64,000 bases of DNA from Verrucomicrobia bacterium ADurb.Bin006 (GTDB taxonomy: Bacteria > Verrucomicrobiota > Verrucomicrobiia > Limisphaerales > J093): assembly GCA_002071485.1 (NCBI GenBank), contig MWFF01000127.1:310-64309 (forward strand), in the 5' to 3' direction. The position numbers and the translations under genes were made by a program. Positions 18,076 through 29,831 of the stretch are shown here, in pieces. Below the pieces are notes generated by a model. That model was not told the origin of the DNA. It saw only the letters and a list, made by a program, of their open reading frames with translations, and did no database searches. How positions within the stretch are numbered: position 1 is the first letter of the stretch; every line of letters begins with the position of its first letter.

Positions 18076-18837
18076 TCACCTTCGCCTGCGGGCCACGACG
18101 AACGCATTGAACATCGCGTACCGCAGCGGGGTGAGATTGAGCAGATAATCCGCCGGCTGCCGCACATAACGGTCGGTGCACTCGACGCGCTCGATCGCAC
18201 AGCCGAGACGATCAAGGAAGAATGTCATCTCCAGGCCGTTCGTGGCCACGATCGCGTCATCGTCCGGTGTGAACGGTTCCTTCACGATCGGCGTCATCCG
18301 GTCGAATTGCACCTCGCCGGGCGCGACGCGCATTTGGCGCCGTTTGGCCAGCAAACGCCGCGCATTGCGCCACTTGTTGCCCAACCCGCGCATCCTCGGA
18401 TGATAGTCGCGCCAGCCCAACGCGCGAAAGAAGTTCGGACTCGACACAACCACCCGGGCCCCTGGACGCGCCACACGCACCAACTCGGCGAGGAATCCTT
18501 CCGGATCCTCGACATGCTCAAGCACGTTCAAAGCGCCCACGGACCCGAAATGCCGATCCGGGAACGGCAAATGCCGTCCATCGTAAACCTGGCAATCCAG
18601 ACCCGCTTGACGAGCCTTTGCGACGTTCGGTTCGGACACCTCGACGCCGCAGACCTCATAACCCTCGTCCCGCAGTCGGCGTACCACCTGTCCGACGCCG
18701 CACCCGACATCCAGTGCCCGGTCGCCAGCCTGATCCGGACGCAACGTGTCGGCGTATTTCGCGTAGAAGCCCTCGTCCCATCCCGCGAGAAACTCCGCGT
18801 ACGCCTCGTTGTGCAGATACATCTCTTGGTGACCCAT
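18076..18837 (-). CDS. Class I SAM-dependent methyltransferase
   Basis: LDVGCGVGQVVRRLRDEGYEVCGVEVS (motif I) ...ALNVLEHVEDPEGFLAELVRVARPGARVVVSSPN. The ORF-track start at 18876 is a TTG; the first ATG is at 18837. Confidence 0.8.
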   Translation of the reverse strand: MGHQEMYLHNEAYAEFLAGWDEGFYAKYADTLRPDQAGDRALDVGCGVGQVVRRLRDEGYEVCGVEVSEPNVAKARQAGLDCQVYDGRHLPFPDRHFGSVGALNVLEHVEDPEGFLAELVRVARPGARVVVSSPNFFRALGWRDYHPRMRGLGNKWRNARRLLAKRRQMRVAPGEVQFDRMTPIVKEPFTPDDDAIVATNGLEMTFFLDRLGCAIERVECTDRYVRQPADYLLNLTPLRYAMFNAFVVARRRR

Positions 18838-18977
18838 TCGGATTCCAACAATGCACCATCCCACTTCCCGGCACAAGAACCGCGACGCAACCGAACCGCG
18901 GCGCCAGGCAATGAGGTCTCCTTGTCGAGGCAGCCACCCTGCGGCAGGCGGAGTCGATCGGAATCCAACTTTGGCCC

Positions 18978-19007
18978 TTGACAGAATACTACCACGGTAG
19001 TACTACT
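18978..19007 (+). promoter_or_regulatory. Promoter with overlapping palindromic operator (putative BlaI autoregulation site)
   Basis: TTGACA at 18978-18983, then TACTACC-AC-GGTAGTA (18987-19002), overlapping a second perfect palindrome GTAGTACTAC (18998-19007). It sits 25-55 nt upstream of the blaI ATG. Confidence 0.45.
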
Positions 19008-19031
19008 GCGGTCGTCAAAGCGACATCTCGT

Positions 19032-19418
19032 ATGAGTCAGAACACATTTCATCGTCTCGGCGACCTCCAGTTGCGCCTCATGCAGTCGCTCTGGGCTCGC
19101 GGCGAGGCCAGCGTCGCGGAGGTCCACGCCACCCTCCCGGATGACGCGAATCTGGCCTACACCACCGTCGCCACCATGCTGCGAAAGATGGAGGCGCGCG
19201 GACTTGTCCGGCACCGGGTTGAAGGCCGGACCTTCATCTACTCGGCAGCCGTCGCCGAGGAGCAGGTCAGCGGCGGCATGGCCGAGCACGTGCTCGATCG
19301 CCTTTTCGGCGGCAGCGTCGAAGCGCTGGTCAGCCACCTGCTGACTCGCCGCGAAGTGAGCCGCGACGAACTCGCTCGCCTGCGGAAGCTGATCGCGGAA
19401 AGGAGCCACTCGTCATGA
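19032..19418 (+). CDS. blaI: BlaI/MecI/CopY-family transcriptional repressor
   Basis: MSQNTFHRLGDLQLRLMQSLWARGEASVAEVHATLPDDANLAYTTVATMLRKMEARGLVRHRVEGRTFIYSA is a winged helix of the penicillinase-repressor family. Its stop overlaps the next start (ATGA at 19415). Confidence 0.88.
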   Translation: MSQNTFHRLGDLQLRLMQSLWARGEASVAEVHATLPDDANLAYTTVATMLRKMEARGLVRHRVEGRTFIYSAAVAEEQVSGGMAEHVLDRLFGGSVEALVSHLLTRREVSRDELARLRKLIAERSHSS

Positions 19419-21646
19419 GCCCGCTGCCCACCACTGGACTTTGGCTGCAGACCCTGGGCCTGCTGGCCGCACAGAGCACCTTGTTGTTGGTCGTCGCCAG
19501 CTTCAGTCAGGGCCTCGCCCGCGCGCCGCAGAGCCGCCGTCGCTTCTGGTTGGCCGCGTTGGCCGGCGTGGCTTTGCTTCTGGCAAACTCCCTTGCAGGA
19601 CTCGACCGTCCCCTCGCCAGGCACTTCGCGGCCGGCGCGCCTTCCTCCCTGGGGGTCATCGTTCGTGGCAACTTGCCAGTGACGTCCGCACCGACCGGTG
19701 CGGACGCGAGTGAAACCAGCCTTCGGTCCGCCGCGGGCTTGCCCAGCGAGGCGCCGCCAACCCAGGTCGGTACATGTTGGCCGGCGTGGCTCTGGCTGGC
19801 GGGCGCTGCCGCCATCGGGCTCTGGTCGCTCGCGCCGCGAATCTGGCTGGCTTGTGTCGGTCGGCGCGCCCCCGCCGCCGAATCGCCGGAGTTCCAGCGG
19901 CGGATCCAAAGCCTCGCGGGGCGGCTGAACATCCGCCTCCGTGTGCGGGTGGTCTGGATGCCCCGGCTCGCCGGCCCGGTCGCTTTCGGCGTGGTCCGGC
20001 CCAGCATCGGGTTGCCGGCGGACTTCTGGACCGCGCACTCGGCCATCGAGCAAGACGCTGTGCTTGCGCACGAACTCGCCCACCTTGCCGCGCGCGATCC
20101 GTTCTGGCTCGCGCTGGCGGACGGACTGGCCGCGGTGCTCTGGTGGCATCCGCTGGTCTGGTGGGGGCGGCGGCAGTTGCGCGCCGCCTGCGAGTCGGCG
20201 GCTGATGAAGCGAGCCTGGTGGTCGAGGACGGTCCCGCAGTGTTGGCCGGCTGCCTGGTGGCGCTGGCCTCGCGCTGGCAGCAACGCGGTGTGCTCGGGT
20301 TGCTCGGCATGGCAGGATTCCGTTCCGGCTTGGGGCGGCGCGTGGAGAGGTTGCTGCATCTTCGCGGGCGCGACCAACCGTCGCTCCGCTGCCGCTGGCC
20401 GGGACTCGTGACCTCGCTGGGCGCCGTGGCGACTCTCGCGCTGATTGTGGCCGTGCCCGCACGGCTCTTCCCGGTGCAGGCCGCAAACCGGCCAGCGCTG
20501 ATCGAGGTCGTTGGCGACGCCCTTGCGCAGACGACGGTCTCGCCAGCCGCGTCTGCTCCGGCGGCCCGCAATGGACCGAGCGCCGCCGCTACCGATCCCG
20601 CCGCCGCCAGCGCCACACCTGGGGACGATGCGCAGGTGATGATCGAGGCCAAGTTCGTTGAGGTTTCGGCGGATGCGAATGTGCCGCTCAGTTTCGACTG
20701 GTATCTTGGCGATGTCCCGTCCTCGGATCCGGGAGTGCCGTCCGCAAGCAACTCGACCGGCCACGTTGCAACGATGACCGGCATCCTCACCGATCCCCAG
20801 TTCCGCGAAGTGATCGCAGCGTCGTCGAAGGCGGGCATGAACGGCGTGCGCGAGTTGCGCGGCGACCAACTACCCTGGCCGGGCCGCGACGCGACCAACG
20901 CGGCCAACATCCGCGTCACCGCCGCACAAGGCGCCACCGTGACTGGCATCCTCACCGACGCGCAATCTCGCGCGGTGTTGCGCGCGCTCGAACAGCGCGC
21001 CGGCGTGGACGTGCTCTCCGCGCCGAGCGTGGTCACCGTGAGCGGACGCCAGGCGCAGATTCAGGTCGCGGACATCCGGACCGTGCTGACCGGCATAAAC
21101 CCCGATGCCGTGAAGGTCCCCGGTGCCATCCCGGCCACCAATGCGCTGCCGTTTACCAGAACCGCCGTTCCGACCGGCCCCAGCCTCGATGTGATCCCGG
21201 TGGTCTCGTCCGACGGCGTGACGATCAACCTGACGGTCATCCCCACCGTCACCGAGTTCCTGGGCTATGACGAACCGCCCAAGGACTCCAAAGTGGAAAT
21301 CATGGAGAACGGCAAGGCGCGCCTCGTGGAGCTGCCGCTGCCGCGCTTCCGCGTGCGCCAGATGGAGACACAGGCGGCGATTCGCGACGGCCAGACACTG
21401 GTGCTGGGCGGTTTTCCGGTCGAGGAGACGCGTCACGCGAAGGACAAGGTGCCGGTGCTGGGCGACATCCGGCTGGTCGGGGGACTGTTCCGAAGTGAAT
21501 CGAAGTCCGCAGTGCGAAAACAGTTGCTGGTCTTCGTGACGGCTACAATCATCGACTCGGCGGGGAACCGGGTGAACGCATCGCCCGGAACGTCGGCGCC
21601 CGCCCATACCGCGCCGCGGTTTCCAGGCGAGGCCCCGGTCCCGTAA
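19415..21646 (+). CDS. BlaR1-type M56 metallopeptidase/sensor fused to a C-terminal secretin (GspD/PilQ-type) domain
   Basis: The N-terminal half is multi-TM with AVLAHELAHLAARDPFW (HEXXH). The C-terminal half reads VMIEAKFVEVS..., VLSAPSVVTVSGRQAQIQVADIRTV..., LDVIPVVSSDGVTINLTVIPTVTEF..., TLVLGGF..DKVPVLGDIRLVGGLFRS...LLVFVTATII, which is a secretin signature. Confidence 0.85.
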   Translation: MSPLPTTGLWLQTLGLLAAQSTLLLVVASFSQGLARAPQSRRRFWLAALAGVALLLANSLAGLDRPLARHFAAGAPSSLGVIVRGNLPVTSAPTGADASETSLRSAAGLPSEAPPTQVGTCWPAWLWLAGAAAIGLWSLAPRIWLACVGRRAPAAESPEFQRRIQSLAGRLNIRLRVRVVWMPRLAGPVAFGVVRPSIGLPADFWTAHSAIEQDAVLAHELAHLAARDPFWLALADGLAAVLWWHPLVWWGRRQLRAACESAADEASLVVEDGPAVLAGCLVALASRWQQRGVLGLLGMAGFRSGLGRRVERLLHLRGRDQPSLRCRWPGLVTSLGAVATLALIVAVPARLFPVQAANRPALIEVVGDALAQTTVSPAASAPAARNGPSAAATDPAAASATPGDDAQVMIEAKFVEVSADANVPLSFDWYLGDVPSSDPGVPSASNSTGHVATMTGILTDPQFREVIAASSKAGMNGVRELRGDQLPWPGRDATNAANIRVTAAQGATVTGILTDAQSRAVLRALEQRAGVDVLSAPSVVTVSGRQAQIQVADIRTVLTGINPDAVKVPGAIPATNALPFTRTAVPTGPSLDVIPVVSSDGVTINLTVIPTVTEFLGYDEPPKDSKVEIMENGKARLVELPLPRFRVRQMETQAAIRDGQTLVLGGFPVEETRHAKDKVPVLGDIRLVGGLFRSESKSAVRKQLLVFVTATIIDSAGNRVNASPGTSAPAHTAPRFPGEAPVP

Positions 21647-22033
21647 TCCGAACAGGGGATCCCCTTCCTGACCTCTTCACTGACCCACGCGATTCTGAGA
21701 GCCCGCATTTCAGGTGAAATGTGACGGTGACCGGTCAGATGACATCACCAGTTGGCGAGAAATGCGGGCTAAAAGGAACTCCTGCTGCGGCCAGAATCAG
21801 GCAGCCCCACCGAGCCAAGCCAAAACCCCAGGGGAGTGACGGCAACGCCACTCCCTTGCCCACATGAGGGTGTCGCACATTCCACGGATTCCCCTGTCTG
21901 TCGACACACCGCGGGGGGTTGGCGGGGTCGGCACTCGAACACTCGGCAAGCCCGCCTCGCCAGCTTGACATCGCATCCGTCAATCTTCATTTTCTTGTTT
22001 TAAGCTCACGAGAATCCGACTGACCAACATGGT

Positions 22034-24883
<2,850 letters not shown>

Positions 24884-24887
24884 CATC

Positions 24888-26156
24888 TCACGGCGCCGCG
24901 CGCGATCTGACGTCAGGGCGGACATCCCGCGGCGCCGGATCGAGCAGGATGCGGATTGCCGTGACGTTGAGCGCCGCTTTTGGAACAAACGAGTCCGCCT
25001 CGACGAACTCGGGCACTTTGCTGCCGTCGGCGCTGCGCTCCGAACAATGGTCGTTCTGTCCGTAAGGCCCGAGACCGTCAATCGTCGGCACGGCGTGCCA
25101 CAGCAGGTTGCCGTCGCTTAATCCGCCCCGTTCCTCGCTGTCCAGTTCCATGTCCAGTTCACTGGCCGCCTGCCGCCAGACGCTGAAGAGGCCGTCAGTC
25201 GCCGGATTGCGTGGCCAGGGCCGGTTCTCGCTGAGAATCTCCACCGCCACGTGGCAGGCATAGCCGTTCGCGGGGCTGGTGACGGCGCCCGGCCCCGCCA
25301 AAGCCATCAGCGCCGACTTGGCCGCGGCATACGCCTCGGGAGTGAACGCGCGGAACTCGCCCTCGGCCACGGCCTCATGCGGCACGCGATTCAGACCGCC
25401 TCCACCCGAAACACAACCGGGGTTGAAGGTGATGTGTCGCGCATAATCGGTCAGGGCCGCGACTTGCTGGATCGAGTGGGCCATTTGAACGATCGCGTTG
25501 GCTCCATGCGGATGGCTGCCCCCGGCGTGCGCGCCCCTCCCGCTGACCCGCAGACGCCAGGTCGCCCGCCCTTTCCGGGCCACAACGAGCCTCGAGACGC
25601 GTTCCCGGCGCCCCTCGGCCTCGAACACCAGAGCCGCGCGTGTGTTGCTCTCGATCCGCTCCAGGCACACAACGCCAAAATCGTGCGAAAGGGTCTCTTC
25701 CGACGAGTTCCAGAACAGCTTCCAGTTCACCCGTTCGAACAGATTCGGCGCATGCTCGCGCAGAGCCATCAGCACAAGCCACATCATCACCGTGCCCCCT
25801 TTGATGTCGTGCGTGCCCGGCCCGTAAATGCGATTCCCTTCCCGTTGCCAATGGAACCGGTTCTGAATCTCTTCCTCCGGCGGAAAGACGGTGTCCAGGT
25901 GCGAGACCATCGCGATCGCATCTGCGCCCTCGCCTGGTCTCGACAGAATCAGGTGATCCCCCCAGACCGGATTCGTCGACGCCACATGTTCGGTCGTGAA
26001 TCCAAGGGGCGCAAACATCTCAGCCGTGATCGCGCCGACCCGGTTGACCCCGTCGCGGTTGCCGGTGTAACTGTTGGTCTCGACCAAGCGGCGCAGGAAC
26101 TCGAGCGCCTCCGGCATTCGCCGTTCGAGGCAGGCGACAAGATCAGGTCGGTTCAT
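24888..26156 (-). CDS. M20-family metallopeptidase (carboxypeptidase/deacylase type)
   Basis: From the ATG at 26156: MNRPDLVACLERRMPEALEFLRRLVETNSYTGN...AMVSHLDTVFPPEE...GPGTHDIKGG. The start overlaps the upstream stop (ATGA). The 135 N-terminal residues in the ORF track are antisense-like junk. Confidence 0.85.
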   Translation of the reverse strand: MNRPDLVACLERRMPEALEFLRRLVETNSYTGNRDGVNRVGAITAEMFAPLGFTTEHVASTNPVWGDHLILSRPGEGADAIAMVSHLDTVFPPEEEIQNRFHWQREGNRIYGPGTHDIKGGTVMMWLVLMALREHAPNLFERVNWKLFWNSSEETLSHDFGVVCLERIESNTRAALVFEAEGRRERVSRLVVARKGRATWRLRVSGRGAHAGGSHPHGANAIVQMAHSIQQVAALTDYARHITFNPGCVSGGGGLNRVPHEAVAEGEFRAFTPEAYAAAKSALMALAGPGAVTSPANGYACHVAVEILSENRPWPRNPATDGLFSVWRQAASELDMELDSEERGGLSDGNLLWHAVPTIDGLGPYGQNDHCSERSADGSKVPEFVEADSFVPKAALNVTAIRILLDPAPRDVRPDVRSRAAP

Positions 26157-27340
26157 TGGTGGCCTGAATCGAGACTCTGCGGTTTGGCGGCATCCCGACT
26201 CCCCCCCTGGCCCGACGGCGCGCCGGGGTCGGGCATCGGGGTCCGAGGCATCCCCAACTCGCGGCGAACCAATGGCCAGAAATCCCGGCCGACAAACACG
26301 TGCCCGCCCTCGTGCACCGTGAACACCACGGCGGGCTTGGCCCCGAAGACCTCGTAGGCGCTTTGGATGCGCTCGAAGACCCCGCGACCGATCTGGACAG
26401 GGAACCCGCCCGGCGCGCGCTCCTGCTCGCCAAGCTCGACCACAAGAAGGCGCGGAGCGACCAACGCAAAGATGTCGGCGAAATCGAAATGCTCTTCGAG
26501 CCCGGGGAAGTTCCAGCACGGGCAGTGGCCGCGCTTCATGTTGTCCACCGTGGTGAGCCAACCGCTGCTGCAGGCCAGCCGCAAGCGCTCATCGAGCGCG
26601 GCCACGTACATGGTGGTCTCGCCGCCCAACGAAAGTCCGGCCACGGCCAGGCGGTTCGTATCCACCTCAGGGCGCGTCACGAGATAGTCGACGCAACAGA
26701 GCGCATCCCAGACGCGCTCGCCCATGAGACTCCAGTTCGTGTGCTGGAGGTCGTGCTGCCCGATGTCCGGCGCCACCACCACGTAGCCCATCTCGACCAG
26801 GGTCCGTCCGTACCAGTAAAGTCCCTCGCCGCGGACGATTTTCTCGCCGGTGCCGCCGTGCCCGTGCAATGCCAGGACGCCGCCGACCTTCACTGTAGGC
26901 TGCCGCGGAACGGCGATCCACGCATGCACAGTGCGATCATCCAGAGTCTGCAGCCTGATCTCCTGCAACCGGGATGCGCTGTCGGCAAGTTCGAGCTCGC
27001 GCAGGACGACTGGCTGCAATCGCACTCGATCCGGGCGATTCCCGCCCATCATCAGGGCGAACAAGCGCGCGCGAGCCTCGCTCTGCCATGCGGCGGCCTC
27101 GCTAGCGTCTCGCGCATGGAAACGCAGCAATGGAGCGTCGGTTGTCGAGGCGTCGATGGATGCCGCTTGGACGAAAAGCGGCCACGCGCAGACGCTCATC
27201 GAGCCAAGCGCGAATGCCAGCTTGACTGCACGAAGCCGACCGAGAGGCCCGCCCTCGTGCTCTTGTCGTCTTCGCGGCGAGTTTGGATCAGGCATGGGGA
27301 GAGCATTGACATTCATAGGCTTGATGCGCATGGGGAACAT
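26153..27340 (-). CDS. Secreted alpha/beta-hydrolase (dienelactone hydrolase / acetylxylan-esterase-like)
   Basis: ...VGGVLALHGHGGTGE...GYVVVAPD...LAVAGLSLGGETTMY (nucleophile elbow GxSxG) ...HEGGHVF. Signal-like segment LAFALGSMSVCAWPLFVQAAS. The start is uncertain: ATGs at 27340, 27331, 27316 and 27295. The TTG at 27397 overlaps a terminator. Confidence 0.75.
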   Translation of the reverse strand: MFPMRIKPMNVNALPMPDPNSPRRRQEHEGGPLGRLRAVKLAFALGSMSVCAWPLFVQAASIDASTTDAPLLRFHARDASEAAAWQSEARARLFALMMGGNRPDRVRLQPVVLRELELADSASRLQEIRLQTLDDRTVHAWIAVPRQPTVKVGGVLALHGHGGTGEKIVRGEGLYWYGRTLVEMGYVVVAPDIGQHDLQHTNWSLMGERVWDALCCVDYLVTRPEVDTNRLAVAGLSLGGETTMYVAALDERLRLACSSGWLTTVDNMKRGHCPCWNFPGLEEHFDFADIFALVAPRLLVVELGEQERAPGGFPVQIGRGVFERIQSAYEVFGAKPAVVFTVHEGGHVFVGRDFWPLVRRELGMPRTPMPDPGAPSGQGGSRDAAKPQSLDSGHQ

Positions 27341-27385
27341 GAATCCGTTCAGGGGGCAGCCCTCCGGGAGAGGCGGTTCGTGGGA

Positions 27386-27421
27386 GGCACAACACAAGGG
27401 GCGCAGCCACTGCTGCGCCCC
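27386..27421 (-). terminator. Rho-independent terminator after the CHRD/PEP-CTERM gene
   Basis: Perfect 10-bp stem GGGGCGCAGC (27398-27407) / GCTGCGCCCC (27412-27421) with loop CACT. The minus strand continues TTGTGTTGTG, and the plus strand also has a T-rich tail (TCTGTCTTTT), so it may act in both directions. Confidence 0.5.
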
Positions 27422-27452
27422 TCTGTCTTTTGGAAAATCTGAAATCCGAGGA

Positions 27453-27986
27453 TTACGCGCGGACTCTGCGGATAAAGAAAAGACCGCCCAGCCCGAGTCC
27501 CAACAAGGCCATCGTGCCCGGCTCGGGTATGACCAACTGACCGCGAATCTCGCCGTTTGGGTACATGGCGCTCTTGATGTTCATGTACAACCCGCCCTGG
27601 TACAAAGCCAGTTCATACTGTTGCGGTAGAACGAGAGTGCCTTGGAAAAAGCCGTACCTCGGGTTGAGACTGACCTGAATCGGCTTCAGATCCAAAACCA
27701 GATCGCCGTTCTCGCCGATTTGCCCCGCGTAAATGCCCGACCCAGTGTAATTCCCCTCGAGCCGATTCCAGCCAAACATCCCGTACGCGACGTTGATCAT
27801 GAGTTCGTTGGATTCGCTGTTGTAGCGAATTCCGAGACCGGCCTCGCCGCCCTGGGCGGCGCTGGTGTTGGCCGGGACCTCTTGCTGCCCCACGAGGAGA
27901 CCGTTCCAAAGGTCCACTTCAAATACCTCCGCCCTCACGCACCCCATCACTAAGAGAACCGCCACCGCCACGAGCAGTCGCTTCAT
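27453..27986 (-). CDS. CHRD-domain protein with PEP-CTERM sorting signal
   Basis: From the ATG at 27986, preceded by AGGGAAG: MKRLLVAVAVLLVMGCVRA (signal) ...QEVPANTSAAQGGEAGLGIRYN...GGLYMNIKSAMYPNGEIRGQL (CHRD-like), ending VIPEPGTMALLGLGLGGLFFIRRVRA (PEP-CTERM). Confidence 0.8.
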   Translation of the reverse strand: MKRLLVAVAVLLVMGCVRAEVFEVDLWNGLLVGQQEVPANTSAAQGGEAGLGIRYNSESNELMINVAYGMFGWNRLEGNYTGSGIYAGQIGENGDLVLDLKPIQVSLNPRYGFFQGTLVLPQQYELALYQGGLYMNIKSAMYPNGEIRGQLVIPEPGTMALLGLGLGGLFFIRRVRA

Positions 27987-28446
27987 ATGAACTTCCCTTT
28001 CAGCCTGAGTTAGATTAGACGTTGTCTGGTTAGTCACGCGGGCCGTTTCTGTCAAGAGAAAGTTGGTGATATTCAGCGCGACCGAGTTGTGGTAAGGAGG
28101 GGTTGTGGTACGGCCGCTTTGACCGAAAGGCACCCAAGGCGAGGTTGCGTCTTCCAAGGCATTACATGCTGCTGGCGAACAACTTGCAAGTCTGCACCCC
28201 CCTGAGTGCCTCGATCGGGCAAACCACCATCCAGCCAACAGCGTACACGGGGAACATGCCTTTGCTCTACCATGACCCTCGACACGTTTTCACGCTGCCT
28301 TGGGCGTAGCGCGGATTCTCAATCTGCCGTACAGTTTCTCGCCTCGGCCATCCGCGCGAAGAATCCGAAATGCGCCCCAGAATGCGAAGGAGCGAAATTT
28401 GCTGTGGTCAGTCCGGCACGGCTGTGGTTGAAATAGACGGACGGAT

Positions 28447-29826
28447 ATGGACGGCAAACCTACGCTGCTGATTGTCGACGATGAGAAGCCGACGCGCGAA
28501 GGGCTTCGCGCCGCACTCGAGGATCGTTTCGAGGTTTATCTGGCGGAGGATGTCGCTACTGCGACCGACCTGTTGGAGCGGGAGCGATTCGACGTGGTTC
28601 TGACCGATTACCGGCTACCGCGGGAAGACGGTTTGAAGCTGGTGGATCGAGCGAAACGGCTCACGCGCCCGCCCATCTGCATACTCATGACGGCGTACGG
28701 GTCCGAGGAATTGGTGAGCCGCGCCTTCAGCGAGAACCGGATCGACGATTACATCCGCAAGGGAATCAGCCTCGAGGAGATCGAGATGCGCATCGCGCGC
28801 GCCCTCAAGCGCCAGCAACTCGAGGTCGAGAACGAATCGCTCCACATCCAACTCGACGAACGATTCGGCCTGGAACATCTCATCGGCCAATCGCCTCCCA
28901 TGATCGAGGTGTTCGACATCGTGCGACAGGTCGCCCCAACCCCCGCCACCGTCCTCATCCAGGGGGAAAGCGGCACGGGCAAGGAACTGGTCGCCAAAGC
29001 GATCCACCGCCTGAGCACCCGGAGCCGCATGCCGCTGGTCGCCGTCCACTGCGCGGCGCTGGCCCCTTCCCTCCTCGAGAGCGAGTTGTTCGGCCACGAG
29101 AAAGGGGCGTTCACCGGAGCCCACGAACGGCGGATCGGGCGATTCGAGCAGGCCAATGGCGGGACGCTCTTCCTGGATGAGATTGGCGACATCGATGCCG
29201 GGACACAGGTCAAGTTGTTGCGGGTGCTGGGCGAGCGGACCTTCGAGCGAGTGGGCTCGAACAAGACGATCAGCGTCGACGTGCGCCTGATAGCCGCAAC
29301 GAACAGGGACTTGGCACGCCTGGTGCGGGATGGCGCGTTCCGGGAAGACCTCTATTTTCGCATGCGCGTCGTCGAACTGTGGCTGCCGCCCCTGCGCGAA
29401 CGGCTGGGCGATGTGCCGCTGCTGGCGCTGCATTTCCTGCGGGAGATCGCGAAGGACTACGGCAAACCGGTGACCGACTTCACCGCCGACGCGATGGAGG
29501 CCCTGGTCCGGTATTCGTGGCCGGCCAATGTGAGGGAACTCCGCAACGCCATCGAGGGCGCGGTGGCCCTTTGTCGGAGCGAGAGGATCGGCTTGCGCGA
29601 TCTGCCCGTGAACGTGCGCGGCCAGGGGGGCGGCATCGGGGCCGGCCCTTCCGCCAAGGCCGTGCTTGACCACAAGGATCTCACTGTGAAGGAGGCCGAA
29701 AAGCAGTTGATCATGCGCGCCCTCGAAGAACATCATGGGAATCGCACCCTCGCTGCGAAGAAGATCGGCATGAGCCGGCGCACGCTGCATCGAAAACTCC
29801 ACGATTACCATCTCGGCGGCTTTTAG
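28447..29826 (+). CDS. Sigma-54-dependent response regulator (NtrC family; REC-AAA+-Fis HTH)
   Basis: LLIVDDEKPTREGL...VVLTDYRLPREDG (receiver), GESGTGKELVAKAIH (Walker A), ESELFGHEKGAFTGA (GAFTGA), C-terminal GNRTLAAKKIGMSRRTLHRKL. Confidence 0.9.
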   Translation: MDGKPTLLIVDDEKPTREGLRAALEDRFEVYLAEDVATATDLLERERFDVVLTDYRLPREDGLKLVDRAKRLTRPPICILMTAYGSEELVSRAFSENRIDDYIRKGISLEEIEMRIARALKRQQLEVENESLHIQLDERFGLEHLIGQSPPMIEVFDIVRQVAPTPATVLIQGESGTGKELVAKAIHRLSTRSRMPLVAVHCAALAPSLLESELFGHEKGAFTGAHERRIGRFEQANGGTLFLDEIGDIDAGTQVKLLRVLGERTFERVGSNKTISVDVRLIAATNRDLARLVRDGAFREDLYFRMRVVELWLPPLRERLGDVPLLALHFLREIAKDYGKPVTDFTADAMEALVRYSWPANVRELRNAIEGAVALCRSERIGLRDLPVNVRGQGGGIGAGPSAKAVLDHKDLTVKEAEKQLIMRALEEHHGNRTLAAKKIGMSRRTLHRKLHDYHLGGF

Positions 29827-29831
29827 CACCC

